From NCBI GenBank assembly GCA_049606035.1, contig JBMYVD010000002.1:9712-73711 (forward strand): 64,000 nucleotides of DNA. Reading direction: 5' to 3'. This document shows positions 8,686-17,185 of the stretch, one piece after another. Each line of letters opens with the position of its first letter. Position 1 is the first letter of the stretch. Source of the DNA: Candidatus Poseidoniaceae archaeon (GTDB taxonomy: Archaea; Thermoplasmatota; Poseidoniia; Poseidoniales; Poseidoniaceae). The notes below the pieces were generated by a model. That model was not told the origin of the DNA and did not search any database. It worked only from the letters and a program-made list of their open reading frames with translations. The position numbers and the translations under genes are program-made.

Positions 8686-10248
8686 ATGACCAGTCAGCGT
8701 AAGGATGACTGGAGAACTCTAGGTGGAATAGAGGTCCCAAAGATTGCGGGACCTGATGAGTCAGGTAAGCCGCCATACACTCGAGGAATCCACGATTCAA
8801 TGTATAGATCCAGACTCTGGACAATGCGCCAATATGCCGGATTTAGTAGCGCAGAAGAAACAAACGAGCGGTTCAAACTGTTACTTGAGCGTGGTCAAAA
8901 AGGACTCTCAGTTGCATTTGACCTACCCACACAACTTGGCTTAGATGCTGATGACGAAATGAGTGAGGGAGAAGTAGGTAAAGTCGGAGTCTCAGTCTCC
9001 TGTGTTGATGACATGCGAATACTAATGTCTGGTATACCTCTCGATAAGGTCTCAACTTCGATGACAATCAATGCCCCTGCAATGGTATTACTAGCAATGT
9101 ATGCAGTTGTGGCTGAAGAAAATGGTGTAGCCAAGAATAAGATACGCGGTACAATTCAAAATGACATACTGAAAGAATACATCGCTAGGGGAACGCATAT
9201 TTTCCCACCTAAAGAGTCGATGAGATTGATTACTGACATTTTCGAGTATTGTGCCGAAGAGATTCCTCTTTGGAATACTATCTCAATTTCTGGATATCAC
9301 ATAAGAGAAGCAGGCTCAACCGCAATTCAGGAAGTTGCTTTTACAATTTCAAACGCACTAGCCTACGTAGAAGCAGCAGTAAACAGTGGACTAGATATTG
9401 ATACATTTGCACCAAGGCTCTCTTTCTTCTTCAATTGCCACAATGACTTCTTTGAAGAGGCAAGTAAATTCCGAGCTGCTAGAAAATTATGGCATGATTT
9501 AATCACCGAAAGATACAGCCCTAGCAATCCAAAAAGTGCAATGCTCCGATTCCATACTCAAGTCGCTGGCGTATCACTAACCGCTCAACAACCACTGAAT
9601 AATATTGCAAGAGTGACAATCCAAGCCCTGGCTGCTGTTTGTGGCGGAACTCAGAGTTTGCACACGAATTCGTATGATGAAGCATTAGGATTGCCAACCG
9701 AAGAGAGTGCTACAGTTGCCCTAAGAACTCAGCAAATAATAGCAGAAGAGAGTGGGGTCGCAAGTGTTGTCGACCCACTTGGCGGTTCATATTTTGTTGA
9801 AATGCTGACTGAAGAAATCTACCAAAAGTCACTCGAAAAAATTCTCGAAATCGAGAAAATGGGTGGTTCGATGAAAGCAATCGAAGCAGGATACCAGCAG
9901 AGAGAAATCCATGAGACTGCATGGGCTCATCTTACAGAAGTCGAGTCAGGTGAGAGAAAGATCGTCGGAATAAATCACGGGGTCTTAGAAGATGAGGAAA
10001 TGCCACCGTTATTGAAACCTGATCCAGAATTAGGAATAAGGCAATCCGAGAAACTAGCAAAACTCAGAGAAGGCAGGGATAGTGCTGCTGCTGATTCAGC
10101 ACTAGAAGCCATTACTAGGGCATCGAAAGGAACAGAGAATCTATTTCCACTGGTAATCGAGGCTCTCAAAACGGATTGTACACTGGGTGAAATTATCAAT
10201 GCGATGAAGGATGTATTTGGGACCTACATGGCTCCAAGCGGATTTTAG
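8686..10248 (+). CDS. methylmalonyl-CoA mutase, large (catalytic, N-terminal domain) subunit
   Basis: ATG at 8686 within the 8650 ORF. PPYTRGIHDSMYRSRLWTMRQYAGFSSAEETNERFKLLL..GQKGLSVAFDLPTQ. No B12-binding domain is present in this ORF. Confidence 0.9.
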   Translation: MTSQRKDDWRTLGGIEVPKIAGPDESGKPPYTRGIHDSMYRSRLWTMRQYAGFSSAEETNERFKLLLERGQKGLSVAFDLPTQLGLDADDEMSEGEVGKVGVSVSCVDDMRILMSGIPLDKVSTSMTINAPAMVLLAMYAVVAEENGVAKNKIRGTIQNDILKEYIARGTHIFPPKESMRLITDIFEYCAEEIPLWNTISISGYHIREAGSTAIQEVAFTISNALAYVEAAVNSGLDIDTFAPRLSFFFNCHNDFFEEASKFRAARKLWHDLITERYSPSNPKSAMLRFHTQVAGVSLTAQQPLNNIARVTIQALAAVCGGTQSLHTNSYDEALGLPTEESATVALRTQQIIAEESGVASVVDPLGGSYFVEMLTEEIYQKSLEKILEIEKMGGSMKAIEAGYQQREIHETAWAHLTEVESGERKIVGINHGVLEDEEMPPLLKPDPELGIRQSEKLAKLREGRDSAAADSALEAITRASKGTENLFPLVIEALKTDCTLGEIINAMKDVFGTYMAPSGF

Positions 10249-10256
10249 GTGATTAG

Positions 10257-10667
10257 ATGAAGATATATCTAGACCATATCGGTATTGCGTGTGAGAATCT
10301 AGACGATTCCTCCTCGTTTTGGTCCTTGATAGGGTTAATCCAAGGAGATGATGAATTGGTAGAAGACCAAGGAGTAACAACTAGGTTTTTTTCGACGAGT
10401 GAAAACGACCCTTCAACACCAAAAATTGAGTTGCTCGAACCCACAGGTGAAGATACACCAATTGGAAAATTCCTATCAAAGCGAGGACCTGGTGTGCAAC
10501 AAGTTTGTTTTAGGGTTGAAGACATAGAATCAGTTATTTCTCTAATGTTAGAGAACGGAATACAGATGATCGATACAAAACCAAGAAAGGGAGCACATGG
10601 TGCAATGATTGCTTTCGTTCATCCAAAAAGTACAGGTGGAGTATTAGTCGAATTGGCTCAGAAATAG
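10257..10667 (+). CDS. mce: methylmalonyl-CoA epimerase (VOC/glyoxalase fold)
   Basis: 136 aa. LDHIGIAC..., IELLEPTGEDTPIGKFL..RGPGVQQVCFRVEDI, AFVHPKSTGGVLVEL. It lies directly after the mutase gene. Confidence 0.8.
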   Translation: MKIYLDHIGIACENLDDSSSFWSLIGLIQGDDELVEDQGVTTRFFSTSENDPSTPKIELLEPTGEDTPIGKFLSKRGPGVQQVCFRVEDIESVISLMLENGIQMIDTKPRKGAHGAMIAFVHPKSTGGVLVELAQK

Positions 10668-10711
10668 CAGACCAGCAAAGTACTGATAACCAATTTGGCC
10701 TAGCGAAACAT

Positions 10712-11011
10712 ATGCGAACCTGCATTGACAGACTCATTGCCCAGCCGCATGTTGACGGTCCACGAGTGAAGTCAGAATCCGAGTTCATTTCTGCTAGGCT
10801 AGAGGTTTGTAGATTAAATGGTGAAATATCAAACGACGCATACTTAGACGCTGGTGCCATCCAAGGCGCTCTAGAAATGATTGCAAATCATATAGAGATG
10901 GGAGTAGCACAAACAGAAATACATGACCTACTAGTCCAACAAATTACTCGCGCCAATAGATTGGAAGAAAAACATCCAGGATTAGATAAGGCAATTGAAG
11001 AAGGACGCTGA
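10712..11011 (+). CDS. hypothetical protein
   Basis: 99-aa ORF ending 4 nt before the ABC ATPase gene. No recognisable motif. Confidence 0.3.
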   Translation: MRTCIDRLIAQPHVDGPRVKSESEFISARLEVCRLNGEISNDAYLDAGAIQGALEMIANHIEMGVAQTEIHDLLVQQITRANRLEEKHPGLDKAIEEGR

Positions 11012-11015
11012 TTAA

Positions 11016-11843
11016 ATGACAGAATCCATGCTATCACTTGTTGGTGTTGGTAAGAATTTCAAGGAAGTTGAAGCTCTTACTCACGTAGATTTAGAGATAA
11101 AATCAGGTCAAGTCATTGGGTTAGTTGGAGGAAATGGTGCTGGCAAAACAACACTGTTGCGGTTGATGGCAGGGGTTATGGAGCCCTCTAAAGGCAGTGT
11201 GTTATTTCGAGGCGAGCGCGTATCATCAATGAGGTCTAAACTCGGAGTAGTTCCTGAGTCCACGGGATTATATTCACGATTGACAGCTTGGGAAAATATT
11301 CGTTACCATTCGAGAATTTACGGAATTGATGACCAAGTAGCATGGAACCGGGTCTCACATTTTGCAAAACAGTTGGACCTAACAGATTCTCTATCAAGGC
11401 ACACCAAAGGTTTCAGTAGAGGCATGAGGCAAAAAACAGCACTGCTTAGAGCCTTGGCTCACGGCCCAGATATTCTCCTATTGGATGAGCCTACTGCCGG
11501 CTTGGACGTAACGAGTGCAAGAACCGTCAGAAAGTTAGTAGGTCAACTAAGAGATGAAGGAGGTACTGTCATATACAGTACGCACCATCTTGCTGAAGCA
11601 CAACAAGTATGTGATCGTATTGTAATAGTGCACAATGGGACAATAAGAGCTGATGGCGCTCCACAAGAACTACTAGAATTAACCAATAAAGAGACGCTTG
11701 AAGAAGCGTATGTTTCACTAACATCAGACAAAGCGCGGTTAAGAACAGAAGATGACGCTAAGGAGAGTAAACTAGCGAAATGGTGGAGGCTAATCTTGAC
11801 GGGCAAAACACCCAACTCAAAGGAGGTGGGTGAAGATGAATAA
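11016..11843 (+). CDS. ABC transporter ATP-binding protein (ABC-2/NatA-like)
   Basis: Walker A GGNGAGKTT, signature FSRGMRQK, Walker B ILLLDEPTAGLD, H-loop STHHL. Confidence 0.85.
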   Translation: MTESMLSLVGVGKNFKEVEALTHVDLEIKSGQVIGLVGGNGAGKTTLLRLMAGVMEPSKGSVLFRGERVSSMRSKLGVVPESTGLYSRLTAWENIRYHSRIYGIDDQVAWNRVSHFAKQLDLTDSLSRHTKGFSRGMRQKTALLRALAHGPDILLLDEPTAGLDVTSARTVRKLVGQLRDEGGTVIYSTHHLAEAQQVCDRIVIVHNGTIRADGAPQELLELTNKETLEEAYVSLTSDKARLRTEDDAKESKLAKWWRLILTGKTPNSKEVGEDE

Positions 11844-13053
11844 CTCTTGGAGATTTATATCTACGATTGCAAAAAAAGAGATTGTCGAATTCGTAAGAGA
11901 TTGGAGGACCCTGATAGCATTGGTTGTCATTCCACTACTAATATTCCCTGCATTGTTCATAGCACTGCCATTATTGTTAGAATCCGAGGCCGCCGAACTC
12001 GATGCCTTAGAATTAGATATAATTTGGCAGGGTGATTACAATTCTGATTTGGAGCAATCATTCAATGACACAAATGTCAAATTCACATTTGAACCAATGC
12101 CGGCAAATATCAGCAATTTGTCAGATATTGGCGATGACTTGGAGAGGATAAGAACATTGGAGACACAAGCAATTTTTAGATTGCAAGCAAACGATTCAGA
12201 GTGGAAGTTTGCAATTCTGTATTTATCTACAAGTGAAGCCTCTAATGAGGCAAGGTCACGTGTTATTACTGCTGTTGGAGAATGGGAATCTAATGTTGTA
12301 AACGGTACGTTAGTCGAAGCAAATCTCGATCCAGAGGTTACTTTGAATCCTGTGAAATGGGATGGTGACTGGGAAAGTGCTGATGCTGCTACCAAGGGCG
12401 AACAGGCTGGATTAGCATTATCTTTGTTTATTCCAATGGTTATTGCCATCTGGACTGCATCAAGTGCAATACAACCCGCAATTGATATGACAGCAGGAGA
12501 AAGAGAGAGAGGTACGCTAGAAGCACTCCTATGCTTACCCTGTTCTAGATTAGAATTACTAGCAGGAAAATGGCTGGCTGTTGCAAGCATCACGAGTGCG
12601 GGGGTAGCCCTTCAAATCGGAGGTTTACTATTTGCCATAACCTACTTGGCATCCTCTTCAATAATCGGAGTGCCATCTGTATCTTTCACTAGTATTCTGC
12701 TATTACTAGGAGCAGTTGTGATATTCGCAGTAATGGTGGTGGCATTCGAACTAGCATTAGCGATGAAAGCACACAGTGTGAAAGAGGCTGGTTCATTACT
12801 TGGTCCGGCGATTTTATTCATAATATTCCCTGCATTATTCACGCAAGTGATCAACTTGGATACTATCGAATCCTGGTGGTTTGCAATACCTCTTGTCAAC
12901 ATCCTTCTTGCTATGAGAGAATTACTATTGGATAGAGTAATCTTGGAGCACGTACTCGTTTGGCTATTTTCTAGTTTGCTATATGCGGGACTAGCAGCAT
13001 GGTTCGCCGCTAAGCAGTTCAAGCGTGAAGATTTGGTTGCATCATTATCTTGA
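11836..13053 (+). CDS. ABC-2 type permease (NatB-like) with a large extracytoplasmic loop
   Basis: ATG at 11836 lies 7 nt after a GGAGGTGG Shine-Dalgarno-like box and overlaps the ATPase stop. One N-terminal TM helix, a loop of about 150 aa, and five C-terminal TM helices. Confidence 0.7.
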   Translation: MNNSWRFISTIAKKEIVEFVRDWRTLIALVVIPLLIFPALFIALPLLLESEAAELDALELDIIWQGDYNSDLEQSFNDTNVKFTFEPMPANISNLSDIGDDLERIRTLETQAIFRLQANDSEWKFAILYLSTSEASNEARSRVITAVGEWESNVVNGTLVEANLDPEVTLNPVKWDGDWESADAATKGEQAGLALSLFIPMVIAIWTASSAIQPAIDMTAGERERGTLEALLCLPCSRLELLAGKWLAVASITSAGVALQIGGLLFAITYLASSSIIGVPSVSFTSILLLLGAVVIFAVMVVAFELALAMKAHSVKEAGSLLGPAILFIIFPALFTQVINLDTIESWWFAIPLVNILLAMRELLLDRVILEHVLVWLFSSLLYAGLAAWFAAKQFKREDLVASLS

Positions 13054-13253
13054 AATTGGATGACCCAAGATTCAATTATATATTACCGGTGTATAATTTA
13101 CACCATGGCAGTAATCCATTGGTTAGCAGAAAGCATGAGGGTTTGGGACGGCGGACTTAGGGCAAAAGTAGCAAAATCAAAAATGAAGCGAAAATAATCA
13201 TAGAGTATTACTATGCGAATACCTTGATAATAGAAAACTTACAGCGCTAAACA

Positions 13254-13430
13254 ATGCCGAAGGTAAGTTTAGACATGCCAGCCCAAATCCTAGCAGATTT
13301 GAAATTACATGTTGGAGATGACGGAAAATTCGTTAGCGTTGCTGATGCTATCCGTACCGCATGTCGGAAAATGCTTGACCAACTCGACGCTATAGACGTC
13401 AGGCACGGCAGAATGGAGGGGAAAATGTGA
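13254..13430 (+). CDS. 58-aa ribbon-helix-helix (CopG/Arc-like) protein, absent from the ORF track
   Basis: Hand translation: MPKVSLDMPAQILADLKLHVGDDGKFVSVADAIRTACRKMLDQLDAIDVRHGRMEGKM*. The pattern is beta strand plus two helices. Its stop (TGA 13428-30) overlaps the folE GTG at 13427. Confidence 0.5.
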   Translation: MPKVSLDMPAQILADLKLHVGDDGKFVSVADAIRTACRKMLDQLDAIDVRHGRMEGKM

Positions 13431-13996
13431 CTTCTAGAGAGGATGCTATGGTAGCAGTTAGTACAATACTAAAGTACATCGAGGGAGATGATACTAGAGA
13501 AGGTTTAGTGGATACGCCAAAGAGAGTTATTGACTCATTTAGCGAAATATATGCAGGATATGGAATGATTGCTGCAGACGTATTATCTTCAACATTTAAC
13601 GGCGAAGGCTACGATGGAATCGTATTGCTAAGAGATATCGAATTTCATTCAACTTGTGAGCATCATCTGCAACCCTTCAGAGGCAGAGCTCATGTTGCTT
13701 ATATCCCGACAGAGCGAATTGTTGGAATTAGCAAACTTGCTAGAATTGTTGAATTGCACGCAAGAAGACTTCAGAACCAGGAGAGAATAACTAACGGAGT
13801 TGCAGATGATATCGAAGAACATCTGAACCCTTTAGGCTCAGCAGTTATCATCGAAGCTTCGCATGGATGTATGCAGTGCAGAGGTGTTTCAAAACAGAAT
13901 GCTGTTATGACCACAAGTGCAATGCGCGGTGTGTTCTTTGACAAGAGCGAAGCCCGCAGTGAATTAATGCAATTAATCCGTAGCCCACCATTGTGA
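13427..13996 (+). CDS. folE: GTP cyclohydrolase I (type IA)
   Basis: 189 aa. GLVDTPKRV, FHSTCEHHLQPF.G.AHVAYIP, RLQNQERIT, HGCMQCRG. An alternative ATG start lies at 13448. Confidence 0.85.
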   Translation: MTSREDAMVAVSTILKYIEGDDTREGLVDTPKRVIDSFSEIYAGYGMIAADVLSSTFNGEGYDGIVLLRDIEFHSTCEHHLQPFRGRAHVAYIPTERIVGISKLARIVELHARRLQNQERITNGVADDIEEHLNPLGSAVIIEASHGCMQCRGVSKQNAVMTTSAMRGVFFDKSEARSELMQLIRSPPL

Positions 13997-14005
13997 GTTG
14001 ATCTG

Positions 14006-14602
14006 ATGACAACTTACCCTATTGTCGAAATATTCCACTCCGTCCAAGGTGAGGCATACCATGCGGGTATACCACATGTATTCGTTAGGTTTGGGAACTG
14101 TAACTTGCGATGTGAATGGTGTGATACAGATTTCCTGACTTACACTGAAATGAATCTGAGCGACATTGTTGAAAAAGTGCTGAGTTATAACTGCGAACGG
14201 GTAATATTCACTGGCGGCGAGCCTTGTATGCAAGATTTAGAAACCATTGGGAGAGAATTAAAGTCCCATGGAATCAATCTTTCAGTAGAGACAAATGGTA
14301 CAATTCCTGTTCCTGAAATCATAGATTGGATATGTGTTTCACCAAAGGATCAACTCTATCCCAATGTGTCCATTAAACAACGAACAGGTAATGAATTGAA
14401 AGTTGTATATTGTGGGCAGGATTTGTCAATGTATGATGAAATTAAACAAGGCTTTGAACACCATTTTCTCCAACCTTGTTACATGGAAGGAGAATCTGTT
14501 GAGCAGAATGGCAAGAATTTTGCAGTTGTGGAAAGCCTCGTAAAGCAATCTCCCGGTTGGCGCTTATCTTTGCAAACACACAAATGGATGGGGGTTGACT
14601 AA
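14006..14602 (+). CDS. queE: 7-carboxy-7-deazaguanine synthase (radical SAM)
   Basis: 198 aa. EIFHSVQGEAYHAGIPHVFVRFGNCNLRCEWCDT (CxxxCxxC cluster). Confidence 0.85.
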   Translation: MTTYPIVEIFHSVQGEAYHAGIPHVFVRFGNCNLRCEWCDTDFLTYTEMNLSDIVEKVLSYNCERVIFTGGEPCMQDLETIGRELKSHGINLSVETNGTIPVPEIIDWICVSPKDQLYPNVSIKQRTGNELKVVYCGQDLSMYDEIKQGFEHHFLQPCYMEGESVEQNGKNFAVVESLVKQSPGWRLSLQTHKWMGVD

Positions 14603-15690
14603 TGCGAGCAGTAATGGCATTTAGTGGTGGTATGGACTCAACAGGACTTTTGATTCACTTACTATCAAAGGGATACAAAGTTAGTACACTTTCTTATGAT
14701 TATGGACAAAAACATGTCGTGGAAATAGAACGTGCGAAATTGAATATCGCATATCTCTCATCAAAAGGTTTCGAAGTTGACCATCTAGTTGTAGATCTCA
14801 AATCTGCAATGAGCATTTTTCATTCTGCCCTAACAAGTAGTGACTTAGAAGTGCCGGAAGGGCATTACGAAGAAGAACAAATGAAGGCAACTGTAGTGCC
14901 TAATAGAAATGCAATTTTTGCATCAATCTTGTATGGATACGCATTATCAACATCAATAAGAGAAGATGTCGACGTTGAGATTGCACTAGGAGTACATTCT
15001 GGAGACCACGCAATATATCCAGATTGCAGACCAGAATTCTATGAATCGATTGGTGAATCGTTTGCAATGGGCAACTGGGATAGTGAAAGAGTATCTTTCA
15101 ATTTACCATATATTGATGGTGACAAAACAACTATTCTCCGTGATGCGCTCATATCATGTAAAAAACTAGGATTGGATTTTGATACGGTTTTTGCAAATAC
15201 TAACACAAGTTACAACCCTGATGCAGACGGTAGGTCTAGCGGCAAAAGCGGAGCTGATGTTGAAAGAATACTAGCTTTCCATGAAATAGGAAGAATAGAT
15301 CCTGTGGAATATATTGATTCATGGGAGGTTGTTTTATCAGGAGCTCTGAAGGCTCAGTTGCGTCATTATGTTATGAAAGAAAACGGCACAGAGAGGCCAT
15401 TTACTGGAGAATACGACAAACACTTCAAATCTGGAAACTACCACTGTGCAGATTGCGACAAACTTCTTTTCTCCTCTGATTCAAAATTTGATTCGGGTTG
15501 CGGCTGGCCTGCATTCAGTGAAGAAGACCAATCTGCCAACATAACCCAGTTGAAGGACACAAGTCATGGTATGGTTAGAATCGAAGTAAGGTGTTCAGAA
15601 TGCGACTCGCATCTTGGACATCTATTTCATGAATCTCGTGGCCCTAGATATTGTATCAACTCGATTTGTTTAGAGTTCAAAGGTGATTAA
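14602..15690 (+). CDS. queC: 7-cyano-7-deazaguanine synthase (QueC) fused to methionine-R-sulfoxide reductase (MsrB) domain
   Basis: 362 aa, TAATG overlap with queE. The N-terminal part carries the PP-loop AFSGGMDST, YDYGQKH, VVPNRN and YPDCRPEF. Residues from about 247 to 362 carry the MsrB motifs NGTERPFTGEY, CADC, GCGWPAF, CSECDSHLGHLF and RYCINS. Confidence 0.85.
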   Translation: MRAVMAFSGGMDSTGLLIHLLSKGYKVSTLSYDYGQKHVVEIERAKLNIAYLSSKGFEVDHLVVDLKSAMSIFHSALTSSDLEVPEGHYEEEQMKATVVPNRNAIFASILYGYALSTSIREDVDVEIALGVHSGDHAIYPDCRPEFYESIGESFAMGNWDSERVSFNLPYIDGDKTTILRDALISCKKLGLDFDTVFANTNTSYNPDADGRSSGKSGADVERILAFHEIGRIDPVEYIDSWEVVLSGALKAQLRHYVMKENGTERPFTGEYDKHFKSGNYHCADCDKLLFSSDSKFDSGCGWPAFSEEDQSANITQLKDTSHGMVRIEVRCSECDSHLGHLFHESRGPRYCINSICLEFKGD

Positions 15691-15691
15691 A

Positions 15692-16138
15692 ATGGTCAAA
15701 TATTTTTCTTCAAAGAAATACGGGCACGAGAGGGGTTTGTCTGCTGCATTCCGTCAATGGAAAGCAGATAGCCATTGTAAGTTCATCCATGGATACTCAC
15801 TTGAATTCGAATTCAAATTTGGTGCAAATGAGTTAGATGAAAGAAATTGGGTAGTCGATTTTGGTGGATTAAAGGAATTGGAAAACTGGCTAAGAAAGCA
15901 CTTTGACCACAAAACACTGGTCGCTTCTGATGATCCTGAATTTTCAAAATTTAGAGATTTAGATAATGATGGCATTATCCAAATGGTTGTTGTAGAATCA
16001 ACGGGTGCTGAAATGTTTGCAAAGATGGCAATGGAGTTTTCGACCAGTCTGATTCAGGAGAACTATGGTGAAAGATGCTGGGTAGAGAGTGTTACAGTTA
16101 GGGAGCATGGTGCTAACAGCGCAACCTGTAGCATCTGA
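15692..16138 (+). CDS. queD: 6-carboxy-5,6,7,8-tetrahydropterin synthase (QueD/PTPS family, divergent metal motif)
   Basis: ATG at 15692, 1 nt after the queC stop. GLSAAFRQW..SHCKFIHGYSLEFEF..NWVVDFGGLK..FDHKTLV aligns to the QueD core. Confidence 0.75.
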   Translation: MVKYFSSKKYGHERGLSAAFRQWKADSHCKFIHGYSLEFEFKFGANELDERNWVVDFGGLKELENWLRKHFDHKTLVASDDPEFSKFRDLDNDGIIQMVVVESTGAEMFAKMAMEFSTSLIQENYGERCWVESVTVREHGANSATCSI

Positions 16139-16160
16139 TTCACTGAAAACTAAAACGTTT

Positions 16161-16994
16161 CTACTTATTCGGGCTGACACGCTTGCGCCTCTCTCTCTTC
16201 CAATTCTCATCATTAGAGAGTTTCTGGAGAGCCGTTGCAGCCTGAACAAATGAACCGATCATACGCTCCGCTTCAGAATCAATTGGTAATCCACGAAGAA
16301 TGACTCTGTCGAATACGTCTGCAATCAATTCGTTCTTATCACTGTCAAGAGAGGCCGCAAATTCATCGATTGACTGTTTCAAAATTTGTCTCAACTCAGG
16401 ATGTAATGCTCGCTCTTTTTCTACACCTCTAACCATTGTACCATGAATTACTCTGTCCCTATGCAATTCATACACACAGTGTCCTACAGCTTGTGATAGA
16501 TTTGCAATTGGATAGCCTTCCCATGTCGGTAAAGTGAGCAAGAAATCGCACCTATCGAGATCTTCTGTGGACAAGCCTTTGCCCTCTTCTCCAAAGACTA
16601 GTGAGACTTTACCCTCAAAATCTCTCAACATATCTGCAAATTCCCAAGGAAGGACGAAGTGTCGCTTCAGGACTTTAGAACCGACTTCTCGCTTTCCACT
16701 TGTACCAACAACAAGAGATGATGATGAGGTAGCTTCTTGTAGAGTATCGTAAACAGTGACAGTATCTAGAATTCTGCCTGAGTGTTTGGCCCTATTCCTC
16801 GCTTCTTCGTCATCTGGGGAGCAGTTTGGAGTTACCATCGAGAGTTTGTCGAAACCGTGATTTAGCATTGTTCTGCAGATTGCTCCTAAATTTCCAGGAT
16901 GGTTTATGCCAACTAAAACGATATCCAAATCATAACTTGATTTTGGCAATGGAACTTCCATCCTGTCCCCCATTACATGACCTCCGATATCCAT
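16161..16994 (-). CDS. SpoU/TrmH-family RNA 2'-O-methyltransferase (TrmJ-like)
   Basis: 277 aa. IVLVGINHPGNLGAICRTMLNHGF, LVFGEEGKGLS, IANLSQAV (SPOUT knot motifs). Possible starts at 16994, 16973 or 16961. Confidence 0.7.
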   Translation of the reverse strand: MDIGGHVMGDRMEVPLPKSSYDLDIVLVGINHPGNLGAICRTMLNHGFDKLSMVTPNCSPDDEEARNRAKHSGRILDTVTVYDTLQEATSSSSLVVGTSGKREVGSKVLKRHFVLPWEFADMLRDFEGKVSLVFGEEGKGLSTEDLDRCDFLLTLPTWEGYPIANLSQAVGHCVYELHRDRVIHGTMVRGVEKERALHPELRQILKQSIDEFAASLDSDKNELIADVFDRVILRGLPIDSEAERMIGSFVQAATALQKLSNDENWKRERRKRVSPNK

Positions 16995-17176
16995 CGAGGG
17001 TCACACGGAGCGTAGAGGAAAACAACCGCTTCTTCGTCATTTTCCCTATCAGGCATGATGATTGAATGTTTACGGAACCCGTGTTTTTCTCGTAAGTGGT
17101 GAATCAAGGATTCTAATTCATCCTTTGTACCATGTACACTAACAGGAGTTCTATCCCAGGCGACTCTAATCGCCAT
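16973..17176 (-). CDS. hypothetical 67-aa protein at the end of the ribosomal protein cluster
   Basis: ORF only. It follows rps17e by 9 nt on the same strand. No motif recognised. Confidence 0.3.
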   Translation of the reverse strand: MAIRVAWDRTPVSVHGTKDELESLIHHLREKHGFRKHSIIMPDRENDEEAVVFLYAPCDPRWISEVM

Positions 17177-17185
17177 ATTTGGACC

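Noticed and set aside
12036-13022. Antisense ORFs of 185 and 126 aa inside the ABC permease gene.
   Set aside because: The sense frame encodes a coherent multi-TM permease. The antisense translations are low-complexity with no motifs.
11016-13053. The ABC ATPase/permease pair might have been CcmAB partners of the orphan CcmE.
   Set aside because: The permease has a NatB/ABC-2 layout with a large external loop, it lies 30 kb from ccmE, and there is no ccmC-like gene.
13105-13197. A 30-aa ORF (MAVIHWLAESMRVWDGGLRAKVAKSKMKRK) downstream of the TATA-like blocks.
   Set aside because: It is too short and featureless to support as a gene without conservation data.
13054-13253. A possible preQ1 riboswitch upstream of the que operon.
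   Set aside because: I could not find the short P1 hairpin with a C-containing loop followed by the A-rich pseudoknot tail of class I, nor class II/III features. The G-tracts have no complementary C-runs. The region is kept only as a generic leader candidate.
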